DNA of 64,000 bases. Origin: Bacteroidales bacterium. Lineage in GTDB: Bacteria; Bacteroidota; Bacteroidia; Bacteroidales; VadinHA17. How positions within the stretch are numbered: position 1 is the stretch's first letter; the number at the start of each line of letters is the position of its first letter. The stretch is taken from contig JAVEYS010000001.1 in assembly GCA_034003345.1 (NCBI GenBank), forward strand, positions 70,513 to 134,512, in the 5' to 3' direction. The position numbers and the translations under genes were made by a program. This document shows positions 1-9,032 of the stretch, one piece after another. The notes beneath the pieces are model-generated. The model made no database searches and was not told the origin of the DNA. It worked only from the letters and a program-made list of their open reading frames with translations.

Positions 1-174
1 GAGATGGCCAGGATGTATGAAGACTACGGCTTCGAAGCGGTGATGCCCATGTTGTTACCAGATACCTATTATCTGTGGCAGGTGGTGGTGGTTCTCCTCA
101 TACTGTCAATTGCTATTACATTCAGTATACGCAAGATTTTTAAACTGAACATCATTAACGCTCTGAGAGCCTAA
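1..174 (+). CDS. FtsX-family ABC transporter permease, C-terminal fragment (starts upstream of window)
   Basis: Frame 1 is open from the window edge to TAA 172-174. It encodes a last hydrophobic helix (WQVVVVLLILSIAITF) and an '...INALRA' tail, the same type of ending as the complete FtsX-like paralog that follows ('...NPVEALRGE'). Confidence 0.55.
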   Translation, partial: EMARMYEDYGFEAVMPMLLPDTYYLWQVVVVLLILSIAITFSIRKIFKLNIINALRA

Positions 175-186
175 CAAAACATTACT

Positions 187-1614
187 ATGATAACATCACT
201 GGCATGGAAAAACGTCTGGAGGAACAAGACAAGGAGCCTGACCGTCATTGCTGCAGTGACGGTAGGAGTGTTTGCCGGCGTATTCGCAATGGCTGCAATA
301 AACAGTTCTATTGTGCAGAGGATAGATGCTGCGATCAACGAGGAGCTCTCGCACATACAGGTTAACAACAGAGATTTCCGAAGCAGCGGTGACATCCATG
401 ATTACCTGAGTGATCCTGCTGCCGTTGTCTCACAGCTTAAAGAGACAAAAGGAGTAACCGATGTCACCTGCAGGATACTTGTCAGGGCTATAGCCTCAAC
501 CTCCGGTGCCAGCACCGGGGTGGAGATCACGGGTATAGATACTGCCAAGGAGCGTGAGATGTTCACCCTCTCTCAGAGACTTATTCCCGGTACGGGAAGC
601 TATTTTGGTGCCGACACCAAATTCAACAGTGTATTTATCGGCGAGAAGCTGGCCAGAGAGCTGAATATCATCCGGTACATTCTCTCGTCAGAATCATTCA
701 CAAGCCTGGAATCAAAAGGTGTTCCAATATCCGTTACAGAAAAGCTGATGCCGTTGGAGGGGGTGAGGTTCACTACAGAAAAGAAATTCTTTACGGCTTT
801 TTCAGCGCTTCTTACTGAGAAGGAGACGAAAAAATTCGGGCTTGCCATTAAGGAGTCAGCGTGGTCATATCGCGAGGGCTCGAGGATCATACTGTCATTC
901 CTTGATACGAACAACCAGCAGACCGGTGCCGCATTCAGGGTTTGCGGCATCTTCCGCACCAACAATGATTTCTTTGAAGCAACATCAGTCTTTGTGCCTG
1001 AGGAGGAGTTACGGGCTCTGACCGGTCTTGACGAGGGAGTTTATCACCGTGTCATTGCCAAACTTGCGGATGATGACCTCACCAACGAGGTTACCATGGC
1101 TGTTAAGGAGGCACTGCCGGATCTTGAGGTGCTGAACTGGAAGGAGATACAGACTGACCTGGCCATGGTTGCGGATTACATGAACCAGATCTACGGCATA
1201 TTTATGGTAATAATTCTTGCGGCTCTTGCCTTCGGGATTGTAAACACCATGCTGATGTCAGTGCTTGAGCGTACCCGCGAACTGGGCATGCTCGCGGCTA
1301 TAGGCATGAACCGCCGCCGGGTATTCACTATGATAATGCTTGAATCGATATTCCTTTCAATAGTAGGCGGCTTTGCAGGAATGGCTGTCAGCGGCATTGT
1401 TATAGGAATTACCGGTCATACAGGCATCAACCTGGTCAAGTATTCGGAGGGTCTTGAAGCCTTCGGCTATTCTGCCCATCTCTTTCCTACCATAAGCGCA
1501 GAATTCTTTGTAATGCTGACCGTGCTTATAGTGATCACCGGTATAATATCGGCGATCTATCCCGCCCGCAAGGCTCTGCATTTAAATCCTGTTGAAGCAT
1601 TAAGAGGAGAATAA
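187..1614 (+). CDS. ABC transporter permease, FtsX (LolE/MacB-type)
   Basis: 475-aa ORF with an N-terminal TM helix (LTVIAAVTVGVFAGVFAMAAI), a ~300-aa extracytoplasmic domain and three C-terminal TM helices carrying the FtsX-type 'SVLERTRELGMLAAIGM' segment. It starts 12 nt after the preceding permease fragment. Confidence 0.85.
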   Translation: MITSLAWKNVWRNKTRSLTVIAAVTVGVFAGVFAMAAINSSIVQRIDAAINEELSHIQVNNRDFRSSGDIHDYLSDPAAVVSQLKETKGVTDVTCRILVRAIASTSGASTGVEITGIDTAKEREMFTLSQRLIPGTGSYFGADTKFNSVFIGEKLARELNIIRYILSSESFTSLESKGVPISVTEKLMPLEGVRFTTEKKFFTAFSALLTEKETKKFGLAIKESAWSYREGSRIILSFLDTNNQQTGAAFRVCGIFRTNNDFFEATSVFVPEEELRALTGLDEGVYHRVIAKLADDDLTNEVTMAVKEALPDLEVLNWKEIQTDLAMVADYMNQIYGIFMVIILAALAFGIVNTMLMSVLERTRELGMLAAIGMNRRRVFTMIMLESIFLSIVGGFAGMAVSGIVIGITGHTGINLVKYSEGLEAFGYSAHLFPTISAEFFVMLTVLIVITGIISAIYPARKALHLNPVEALRGE

Positions 1615-1632
1615 CAATAAAACAATATAACA

Positions 1633-2328
1633 ATGAAAGTAGTCGAAATCAATGATGTCCATAAAACCTACCGTGATACAGCGGTTGAGGTCAAGGCTAT
1701 AGACGGAGTCACGCTCACATTTGAAAAGGGTGACTTTGCGGTGGTCGTTGGTCCTTCGGGGTCAGGGAAGACCACCCTGCTTAATCTCATTGGCGGACTT
1801 GATCAGCCAACAAAAGGTGAGATCATTGTTGCCGGTCACCGGTTGTCAGAGCTCAGGCCATCAGAACTGATCGATTTCAGGATGGAGCATGTGGGCTTCG
1901 TCTTCCAGTCGTACAACCTCATTCCTGTCCTCACAGCGGCGGAGAACGTAGGTTTCATCATGAACCTGCAGAAGTGGCCCAAAGAGAAGCGCCGGGAGCG
2001 AACGGAGGAGCTTCTCTCTTCGGTTGGGCTGTCAGACCGCCATAACAGCAGGCCATCACAGCTGTCGGGCGGTCAGCAGCAGAGGGTGGCGGTGGCACGC
2101 GCGCTGGCGCCGCGCCCGGAGTTCATTCTTGCCGATGAACCCACGGCAAACCTTGATACAAAATCGGCGGAGACGCTCCTGGATATCATGGAGAAACTGA
2201 ACCGGGAGGAACACATGACATTCATCTTTTCCACCCATGATGCGAGAGTGGTAAAGAGAGCCCGCAGGGTGATAACGCTTGAAGACGGAAGGATCATCTC
2301 CGACGAAAGGACAAATAATCATTCATGA
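1633..2328 (+). CDS. ABC transporter ATP-binding protein (LolD/MacB-type)
   Basis: Walker A GPSGSGKTT, signature LSGGQQQRVAVARAL, Walker B FILADEPTANLD and H-loop STHD. 231 aa. Confidence 0.95.
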   Translation: MKVVEINDVHKTYRDTAVEVKAIDGVTLTFEKGDFAVVVGPSGSGKTTLLNLIGGLDQPTKGEIIVAGHRLSELRPSELIDFRMEHVGFVFQSYNLIPVLTAAENVGFIMNLQKWPKEKRRERTEELLSSVGLSDRHNSRPSQLSGGQQQRVAVARALAPRPEFILADEPTANLDTKSAETLLDIMEKLNREEHMTFIFSTHDARVVKRARRVITLEDGRIISDERTNNHS

Positions 2329-3476
2329 CGAGACTGTTACTGTTTACGGCAGTGTTGCTATGTTTTTCAGCGTCACTGCAGGCCCAGGAGAATGAAGAGA
2401 AAATCTCTGCCGGGGGGTATGCCTCATGGCTCCATATGGCCATTTTTGAAAAGCCGTCAGAGACATGGGCTAACAGCAGCATGTTACATAACAGGATTAA
2501 TCTCAAGGCATTCCCGGGCAGCAGGACAACCATCGCCATTGAGGCAAGGAACAGGTTTATTACCGGAGACATGGTTAATCTTGACCCCGCTTATGCCACT
2601 GATCTTGCAGATGACCCCGGCTGGCTTGACATGTCATGGAACCTCTTCAAAGGGAATTCCTATGTTGTAAATACCATGATCGACAGGGCATATATCGACT
2701 TCACCGCGGGACGCCTCCAGATACGGGCGGGGCGCCAGCGCATCAACTGGAGCCAGTCGCTGGTATGGAACCCCAATGACATTTTCAACACCTACTCCTT
2801 TTTCGATTTCGATTATATTGAGAGGCCGGGCAGTGATGCCGTGAGGTTGACATATTCAACCGGGCCCGCATCGGCAGCCGAGCTGGTAGCTAAGATTGAC
2901 TCCGGGAACAATGTAACAGCAGCAGTACTCTACCGTTTCAGTCTTCTTAATACTGACATTCAGTTTTTTGCCGGCGAGACCGACGGTGATTACTTTACTG
3001 CCGGCATGGGATGGTCCGGCGCCGTTGGTTCACTGTCAGTAAGGGGTGAGGCTACCCTCTTTTCTCCCTTCACGGGGACCGGCGAAGAAAAAAACACCAT
3101 TATTGCCACCGCGGGTATTGACAAGGCCTTCTCAGACAAGGTCACTGCCCTCATGCAGGTGATGTACTCAAACAACCCTGTCGATCTGCAGAGTTTTACC
3201 CAGCTCTATGGCGGCGGGCTGACGGCCAGACAGCTTGCTTTTTCGAAGTTCAGCGCCGTAGGGCAGGTGAGCTATGCACCCATACCCCTTCTGAATATAT
3301 CCCTCTCCGGAATATGGTATCCTGACCTTGAGGGTTTCTACGCCGGCCCAGCGATAGACTTCTCGATGGCAGAAAACGTTGACTTCACTCTTCTCTGGCA
3401 GCACTTCGGCAGCATCATTGCAAATAATGAGGTGCGCATGAATCTGGGATTCATAAGAATTAAATATAGTTACTGA
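2325..3476 (+). CDS. Outer-membrane beta-barrel protein (porin / alginate-export-like), operonic with the ABC genes
   Basis: ATGA start/stop overlap with the ATPase gene. Cleavable signal peptide (MTRLLLFTAVLLCFSASLQA/QE). Carries an 'IRAGRQRINWSQS' motif and alternating beta-strand patterns, and ends in the aromatic C-terminus ...IRIKYSY. Confidence 0.6.
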   Translation: MTRLLLFTAVLLCFSASLQAQENEEKISAGGYASWLHMAIFEKPSETWANSSMLHNRINLKAFPGSRTTIAIEARNRFITGDMVNLDPAYATDLADDPGWLDMSWNLFKGNSYVVNTMIDRAYIDFTAGRLQIRAGRQRINWSQSLVWNPNDIFNTYSFFDFDYIERPGSDAVRLTYSTGPASAAELVAKIDSGNNVTAAVLYRFSLLNTDIQFFAGETDGDYFTAGMGWSGAVGSLSVRGEATLFSPFTGTGEEKNTIIATAGIDKAFSDKVTALMQVMYSNNPVDLQSFTQLYGGGLTARQLAFSKFSAVGQVSYAPIPLLNISLSGIWYPDLEGFYAGPAIDFSMAENVDFTLLWQHFGSIIANNEVRMNLGFIRIKYSY

Positions 3477-3511
3477 AATTTTCATACTTTTACGGGATTA
3501 ATTCCGTAAAA

Positions 3512-4246
3512 ATGTCACTTGTCCATGATCTTGAGAAATCCGGAAACTGGCTGTTCAGAAGGAGGAGCTGGTTACCGGTGGTAATCCTTGTTGTGGCAGT
3601 TGCTTATCTCTTTATTGCCAACCGCAGCGTAATATATTTTAACTATACCTGGGAGATAATTTGCATACTGATCTCCGTGGCCGGAGAGTTGTTAAGGTCA
3701 TACACCGTAGGTCATGTGCCGAAAAACACCTCGGGTCGCAATGTGATGGACCAGCTTGCTGACGAACTCAATACATCAGGTATCTATTCAGTAATACGTC
3801 ATCCCCTTTATGTGGGGAATTTTCTCATGTGGCTTGGACCTGTCCTTTTCCTCAGGTCTGTCTGGTGCACTATAATATTCGTCCTGATATACTGGCTCTA
3901 TTATGAAAGGATAGTATTTGCCGAGGAACAGTTCCTGCGCCGTAAGTTCGGTGAGGTATATGATACATGGGCTTTCAGGGTAAACGGAGTGATTCCGGGG
4001 TTCAGGCATTATACGAAATCAGTCCTGCCCTTCTCATTGAAGAATACACTCAAACGCGAGTATAACAGCATAGCCAACCTCTTCATTGTCTTTGCTCTTC
4101 TTGATCTTTTTCGCAACATTGCCGTCACCGGGAGGGTGTATATAGAGCCTCTCTACGCAACACTTCTTGTGGCCGCCCTTATTTTCTGGGCCGTCATCAG
4201 GTATCTGGTCAAGAGGACAAAGTTTCTCTATATGGCAGGGCGGTAA
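3512..4246 (+). CDS. Isoprenylcysteine carboxyl / phospholipid methyltransferase-family membrane protein
   Basis: Multi-pass membrane ORF with the ICMT/PEMT signature 'SGIYSVIRHPLYVGNFLMWLG'. Confidence 0.7.
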   Translation: MSLVHDLEKSGNWLFRRRSWLPVVILVVAVAYLFIANRSVIYFNYTWEIICILISVAGELLRSYTVGHVPKNTSGRNVMDQLADELNTSGIYSVIRHPLYVGNFLMWLGPVLFLRSVWCTIIFVLIYWLYYERIVFAEEQFLRRKFGEVYDTWAFRVNGVIPGFRHYTKSVLPFSLKNTLKREYNSIANLFIVFALLDLFRNIAVTGRVYIEPLYATLLVAALIFWAVIRYLVKRTKFLYMAGR

Positions 4247-4257
4247 CGGGGAACGAT

Positions 4258-4962
4258 CTACCTGTTCCTTACTCCCATGAAAATCATTATATAATAGATC
4301 AGTGCGGCCAGGGAGCCCAGAGCTGCAATTACGTAGGTATATGCAGCCCACTTCAGTGCGTTACGGGCCTTGTCATGTGTGCCTGCATAGGTGATACCTG
4401 CATTTGACAGCCAGGCCAGGGCCCTCTTTGACGCATTGATCTCCACGGGTAGTGTGATGAAACTAAAAAGTGTTGTGATGGCAAAGAGAACAATCCCTAC
4501 AAGGAGTATTTCCGGCCGTGAATTGATAAGTACCAGACCTGCTATCAAAACCCATTGGATCCAGTTTGAAGAAAAGCTAACCACAGGAGCCAGTTTTGAT
4601 CTCATGCCAAGCCACGCGTATGACTGAGCATGCTGCAATGCGTGTCCTGTCTCATGAGCTGCCACTGCAGCAGAAGCTATGCTGGAGCCTGCATACACTT
4701 CACGGCTGAGGTTGATAGTCTTCTTTAATGGATTATAATGATCAGTAAGTTCGCCCGGAACGCTCTGGACAGTCACATCCGTCACTCCGTTGTCATGAAG
4801 CATCTTCTCAGCCACGTCACGGCCGGTGAGACCACTGGCAATGGGCATCTTTGAATAACTCCTGAATTTAGACTTCAGTCTTGCGCTGACAAGCCAGCTC
4901 AGAAGCATAAATACTATAAAGATTATCCAATAGGTACCGTTATGCAAAAACATTGTTTCCAT
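4258..4962 (-). CDS. YugP-type membrane zinc metallopeptidase
   Basis: 234 aa with an HExxH motif (AAHETGHALQH), TM helices at both the N- and C-termini, and the size typical of the family. Confidence 0.75.
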   Translation of the reverse strand: METMFLHNGTYWIIFIVFMLLSWLVSARLKSKFRSYSKMPIASGLTGRDVAEKMLHDNGVTDVTVQSVPGELTDHYNPLKKTINLSREVYAGSSIASAAVAAHETGHALQHAQSYAWLGMRSKLAPVVSFSSNWIQWVLIAGLVLINSRPEILLVGIVLFAITTLFSFITLPVEINASKRALAWLSNAGITYAGTHDKARNALKWAAYTYVIAALGSLAALIYYIMIFMGVRNR

Positions 4963-5054
4963 CTGCTAAATGATTTTTTTCTATTGTCTACTCAAAACAC
5001 CTGCCATTTAAAAGAAGTTCTTAAAAGAGGTCATTTTGTCATGATGATTCATCT

Positions 5055-5062
5055 TATCTTTG
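5055..5062 (+). promoter_or_regulatory. Bacteroidota -7 promoter box (TATCTTTG) for yidD
   Basis: Exact TAnnTTTG match 40 nt upstream of ATG 5102. It overlaps the TTG (5060) proposed by the ORF track, which argues for the downstream ATG. Confidence 0.45.
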
Positions 5063-5101
5063 TTGCCGATGTTAAAGACGCCCGCAAAGATACTCTCTTT
5101 T

Positions 5102-5383
5102 ATGCTGCTTATACCAGTATGGTTTTACAGGTGGTTTATCTCTCCCTGGACTCCTCCCTCATGCCGTCATGTTCCCACCTGTTCACAGTATGCCATTGAT
5201 GCTTTCAGGATGCATGGCCCTGTTACCGGGTTCTTAATCTCAACAGACCGGATCCTGCGATGCAGGCCCGGTGGGACGCACGGGTATGATCCTGTTCCAC
5301 GGTTCATTTTCAGGAGATACCGCCATGATAGTACTATTTTCAGAAGGGCTCCGCGATGCAGCCGGTTGAAGGAGAGAGGTTAA
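5102..5383 (+). CDS. yidD: Membrane protein insertion efficiency factor YidD
   Basis: Signature '[28 protein letters not shown]...[17 protein letters not shown]'. ATG 5102 gives the usual ~8 residues before the 'FYRWFISP' motif. The ORF carries a ~27-aa basic tail beyond the conserved 'DPVP'. Confidence 0.85.
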   Translation: MLLIPVWFYRWFISPWTPPSCRHVPTCSQYAIDAFRMHGPVTGFLISTDRILRCRPGGTHGYDPVPRFIFRRYRHDSTIFRRAPRCSRLKERG

Positions 5384-6132
5384 AAACTCAGTTTTTCCCT
5401 GAGGGTTTTATACCCGGTACGGCTCACGGGGATCTTCTCGCCCGACTTAAGGACAGCCACATAGTTGTCTTTGCTGTAAGGCTCAAGGCGTGTTATGTGC
5501 TCAACGTTGACCATATATGACCTGTGTACTCTCATGAAGAGGCTTGGAGGCAGGTGCTCCTCGTAATATTTCATTGTCTTGGGCTTAAGAGCTTTTCCCT
5601 CATTATAATAGATCATCACATAATCATCTTCGGAAGCCAGGTAAGAGACCGTATTCAGTGGGATGATCTTTATTCCTGCTCCTTTTCTGAACACTATCCT
5701 GGTAAGATAACCTTCCGCTTCTGAGGCTGTAGCCATCAGCTTATCCAATTTTTCGGGTTCCGGCGCCTCCATAGATATACGGTTCACAGCCTTTGCGAGA
5801 GCTTCATCAAAACGGTTCTTCGAGAATGGTTTAAGAAGATAGTCTACAGCATTTAGTTCAAATGCTCTTATGGCATACTGGTCGAAGGCTGTAGTGAAGA
5901 TGACCTCAGGCTTTTCATCAAGTACCTCCAGCATTTCGAAACCCGTCAGTTTGGGCATCTGTATATCAAGAAAGATTAGGTCGGGGCGCTTCTCCTTTAT
6001 CTCCCTGGCACCACAGAAGCCGTCGCCGCACTCTCCGGCAATCTCTATCTCGGGGTGGTCTTTGAGCATAAACATGATAAGCTCTCTTGCCGGGGCTTCG
6101 TCTTCAATGATCAGTGCTCTAATCGTTTTCAT
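5380..6132 (-). CDS. LytTR-family response regulator
   Basis: Receiver domain (IIEDE..., phospho-Asp context [10 protein letters not shown]) followed by a C-terminal LytTR DNA-binding domain (...[15 protein letters not shown]...). Confidence 0.9.
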   Translation of the reverse strand: MKTIRALIIEDEAPARELIMFMLKDHPEIEIAGECGDGFCGAREIKEKRPDLIFLDIQMPKLTGFEMLEVLDEKPEVIFTTAFDQYAIRAFELNAVDYLLKPFSKNRFDEALAKAVNRISMEAPEPEKLDKLMATASEAEGYLTRIVFRKGAGIKIIPLNTVSYLASEDDYVMIYYNEGKALKPKTMKYYEEHLPPSLFMRVHRSYMVNVEHITRLEPYSKDNYVAVLKSGEKIPVSRTGYKTLREKLSF

Positions 6133-6146
6133 ATCGTTATGATCTA

Positions 6147-7208
6147 TTATTGTTTTATACGAAACGGAAAACTGACCACTACAGTAAAGCTTTCGTCGGT
6201 TCGGCTTACTGTGATGTCCGCCTTCTCTCCGTAGAAGAGCTCAAGCCTGCTTCTTACGTTCTTGAGACCTATGCCAGCCCCTTTGCGTGTGACGACAGAC
6301 TCCGTATCAACGTTATTGGCGACTGTAATGATCACAAAATCATTTTTTTTTCTGGCGGTGGTTTTGATGATAACCTCTTCCGTTGATTCATAGACCCCGT
6401 GTTTGACAGCATTTTCATAAAGAGGCTGGAGCAACATCCCCGGCAGGAGTGCCGGGAGGCATTCCGGGCTGATATCTTCTTCAATCATCAGGCGGTCACC
6501 AAATCTCACCTTCTCTATCTGAAGATAGAGCCTGAGGCTTTCCATCTCATTCTGTAACGTCACCGGCTGATCGTTTCTCGAAGAGAGGGAATAGCGCATG
6601 AAGTCAGAGAGTTTTACGATCATCTCCCTTGCTTTGAGAGGGTCAGTAACCGTGAGGGAGCTGACAGAATTGAGGCTGTTGAAAAGAAAATGGGGGTTTA
6701 TCTGTGACCTGAGCATTTTCAGTTCACCCTCTCTCACCTGCATCTCCAGTTGTGACTGGCGCTTGGCTTTCTCAGCCAGTCTGATGGTGCTGAGAAAGAG
6801 GTAATACACAAGGATCACCAGGAAGAAGATAAGTATGCCCGCGGTAACTCTGAAAACCAGTACCGAGTGCCAGAAGATGTCAAAATCAATCTTCTCCTGA
6901 ACCATTAGCCTGACAATGAACTTTGACCCAAAAAGCCAGACCATGATTGTCAGCGTGCCTGTGAGAATAACGTTTAAGGCAGATGAGTAAACCTGATTAT
7001 CGCTCTTTAGCATATACCGTATGGGATACCATACGGTCAGCCCAAGCAACCCATATAAAATCATGGAAATAAAACCGTCAGCGATAGCTACTTCGATCTT
7101 GCTTCCGTACACATAATGAATGAGAAGTGACTGGCCTGTTGCCATTAACAACCAGACCAGCCACCAAATAATGAACTTTGTCCTGCTCTCCAGTAAAGGA
7201 TGCTTCAT
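6147..7208 (-). CDS. LytS/YehU-type sensor histidine kinase
   Basis: Five to six N-terminal TM helices, a His_kinase (PF06580-type) motif 'QINPHFLFNSLNSV' and an HATPase G-box 'GAGIGLKNVRSRLELFYG'. Lies 14 nt upstream of the response regulator. Confidence 0.9.
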   Translation of the reverse strand: MKHPLLESRTKFIIWWLVWLLMATGQSLLIHYVYGSKIEVAIADGFISMILYGLLGLTVWYPIRYMLKSDNQVYSSALNVILTGTLTIMVWLFGSKFIVRLMVQEKIDFDIFWHSVLVFRVTAGILIFFLVILVYYLFLSTIRLAEKAKRQSQLEMQVREGELKMLRSQINPHFLFNSLNSVSSLTVTDPLKAREMIVKLSDFMRYSLSSRNDQPVTLQNEMESLRLYLQIEKVRFGDRLMIEEDISPECLPALLPGMLLQPLYENAVKHGVYESTEEVIIKTTARKKNDFVIITVANNVDTESVVTRKGAGIGLKNVRSRLELFYGEKADITVSRTDESFTVVVSFPFRIKQ

Positions 7209-7211
7209 TTT

Positions 7212-7952
7212 TTACTTGTAACTTTTAATCTCTCCCCCTCCAAAAATCACAGTACCTCTTATTGTCAGTGACCTTGTGTTATCCTTAATAAAATCACCAT
7301 TTAGTTTCCTGCTGTCAGAAAATCCACCGAGGATGGGGGTGACATTTATTATCACATTCCAGCTGTCCGGCACAATAATGGTCGCACCTCCAAATATACA
7401 GGTAATATCAATTACATTGTCACCGGGAGAAAGAGAAGATCTTGTGAGATCCACCTCTCCGCCACCGAATACGGAGGTAATCTTTCCACCCTGAAAATTA
7501 TCTGTAATAAGCTGTCGTTCGGCACCGCTGAAAATATTGACATAATCAATATAATCAGCTTTATTGGTTTGTGAATAGTCAAGTTTCCTGCCGAGCCTCT
7601 TAGAGTTCATTAGCAGTACAATGCCAATAATTATAAAGAGTGCCGGCCAGAAGAAATTAAATGATCTGAAGAAGTCGGTGAACAGTTCAGGTATTAGAAA
7701 GAATCCACCTACTGCGATCATGATTATTCCGGGTGTTTTGTTATCTGAACCTGCGAGGGTTATTACACCAATGACCACAAGAAGCATCTGCCAGCTGAAT
7801 ATTATGTCATCAATGAAATGATCAAGCGGCTCCGGAAGCACTGTCGACTTCTTGACTATCAGGATAAATCCTGCGATAATAAGCAGGACTCCAATGATTA
7901 CCCTGTTTGAATTTTCGGTTTGTTTTGCCGGTTTCTTTGTTTCGTTTTCCAT
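7212..7952 (-). CDS. LiaF-like (DUF2154-type) membrane protein
   Basis: Four TM helices, then a C-terminal Gly-rich beta-repeat region (FGGGEVDL...IFGGATIIVP...ILGGFSD...VIFGGGEIKSY) typical of LiaF/YvqF C-terminal domains. Ends 3 nt before the kinase start. Confidence 0.65.
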   Translation of the reverse strand: MENETKKPAKQTENSNRVIIGVLLIIAGFILIVKKSTVLPEPLDHFIDDIIFSWQMLLVVIGVITLAGSDNKTPGIIMIAVGGFFLIPELFTDFFRSFNFFWPALFIIIGIVLLMNSKRLGRKLDYSQTNKADYIDYVNIFSGAERQLITDNFQGGKITSVFGGGEVDLTRSSLSPGDNVIDITCIFGGATIIVPDSWNVIINVTPILGGFSDSRKLNGDFIKDNTRSLTIRGTVIFGGGEIKSYK

Positions 7953-7973
7953 TGTTTGAGAGATTATCAGTTA

Positions 7974-8312
7974 CTATTTTTTGAATTTTCTTGTCAGGGG
8001 GCTGATCATGAATGCGAGGCCTGCCAGTATCATTACCGAGGGCCAGTAAATCTTCCTGTATACCGGTGAAAGCTGCAGGCTCATTTCCGGCATAAGGAAC
8101 CAGAATCCAATGGCGAAAAGAATCACCGCAGAGACCAGCTCCAGGCTCAGAAGTGAAAAAACAGAGAAGAAGATGAGTATCATCTCCCATTGGAAATAAT
8201 CTGATATCTGCCCCAGGTTAAGCAGGTCAAGCTTTGCCACTATCATAACAGTCCCGAGTGAGATCAGGAATTTGGCAATGCCAATGAACGGATTTTTATC
8301 TGCATCTTTCAT
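7974..8312 (-). CDS. Small multi-pass membrane protein (first gene of the LytTR module)
   Basis: 112-aa ORF with 3-4 hydrophobic helices and a basic tail (TRKFKK). Same strand as, and 21 nt upstream of, the LiaF-like gene. Confidence 0.55.
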   Translation of the reverse strand: MKDADKNPFIGIAKFLISLGTVMIVAKLDLLNLGQISDYFQWEMILIFFSVFSLLSLELVSAVILFAIGFWFLMPEMSLQLSPVYRKIYWPSVMILAGLAFMISPLTRKFKK

Positions 8313-8336
8313 GCCTGAAAAGTTAATTTAACGGTT

Positions 8337-8344
8337 CAAATTTA
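8337..8344 (-). promoter_or_regulatory. Bacteroidota -7 promoter box (TAAATTTG on minus strand)
   Basis: Exact TAnnTTTG match 25 nt upstream of the ATG at 8312. Confidence 0.45.
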
Positions 8345-8466
8345 TCAGGAATGATTTTTACCATCACAGTTAATTCCGGCAGGGTGCGGATAATTATCGG
8401 TAAGTAGCGAAAAAGCAGTCTGTGTTACTTTTTTGTTGATAATTTTTTTTATTGGAAGAGGATTTA

Positions 8467-8474
8467 TAATTTTG
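8467..8474 (+). promoter_or_regulatory. Bacteroidota -7 promoter box (TAATTTTG) for yceD-rpmF-plsX-fabH
   Basis: Exact TAnnTTTG match 20 nt upstream of ATG 8494, preceded by a T-rich tract. Confidence 0.5.
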
Positions 8475-8493
8475 CAGTCCGAAAAAAAGGGAA

Positions 8494-9015
8494 ATGCCAG
8501 GTTTGTTTTCTATACCGCTCGCCGGATTAAAGGAAGCCAGATATACCTACGAGTTCCAAATAGGAGATGACTTCTTTGAGGCGTTTGAGGGGTCAGAGGT
8601 TAGGAGGGGAGAGTTCACTGCGGTGGTTGTACTTCAGAAGAGTTCAACTCATATTGAGTTCGACATTATGATAAACGGTCGCGCCGAGGTGGTATGTGAC
8701 AGGTGCCTTGAAACATTTTATATGCCCGTTTCGTGTACCAACAGGTTGTTTGTTAAGCCGGGCATAGAGTGGAAAGAAGAAGATCCGGATATGATAACAA
8801 TGCCTCTGGATGAACATGAAATAGATCTGAGCCAGTTTTTCTATGAATACATCCATCTGGCGTTACCTTTGAAGCGTATTCATCCTGATGACAGCGAGGG
8901 CCGCAGTACGTGCAACCCTGAAATGATCAGGAAGCTTAATGATCATCTGCAGACCGCCGAGGAGGAATCCGATCCGCGATGGGATGATTTAAAAAAACTG
9001 ATTAAAAATAACTAA
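8494..9015 (+). CDS. yceD: DUF177 / YceD-family protein
   Basis: 173 aa with the Cys pair CDRC...C and the conserved position immediately upstream of rpmF-plsX. Confidence 0.8.
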   Translation: MPGLFSIPLAGLKEARYTYEFQIGDDFFEAFEGSEVRRGEFTAVVVLQKSSTHIEFDIMINGRAEVVCDRCLETFYMPVSCTNRLFVKPGIEWKEEDPDMITMPLDEHEIDLSQFFYEYIHLALPLKRIHPDDSEGRSTCNPEMIRKLNDHLQTAEEESDPRWDDLKKLIKNN

Positions 9016-9032
9016 CACAATTAATTACTGCG

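Noticed and set aside
7822-8190. 122-aa minus-strand ORF bridging the two membrane-protein genes
   Set aside because: It is an alternative frame overlapping both the LiaF-like gene start and the 112-aa gene end. The two annotated frames give clean TM-helix proteins.
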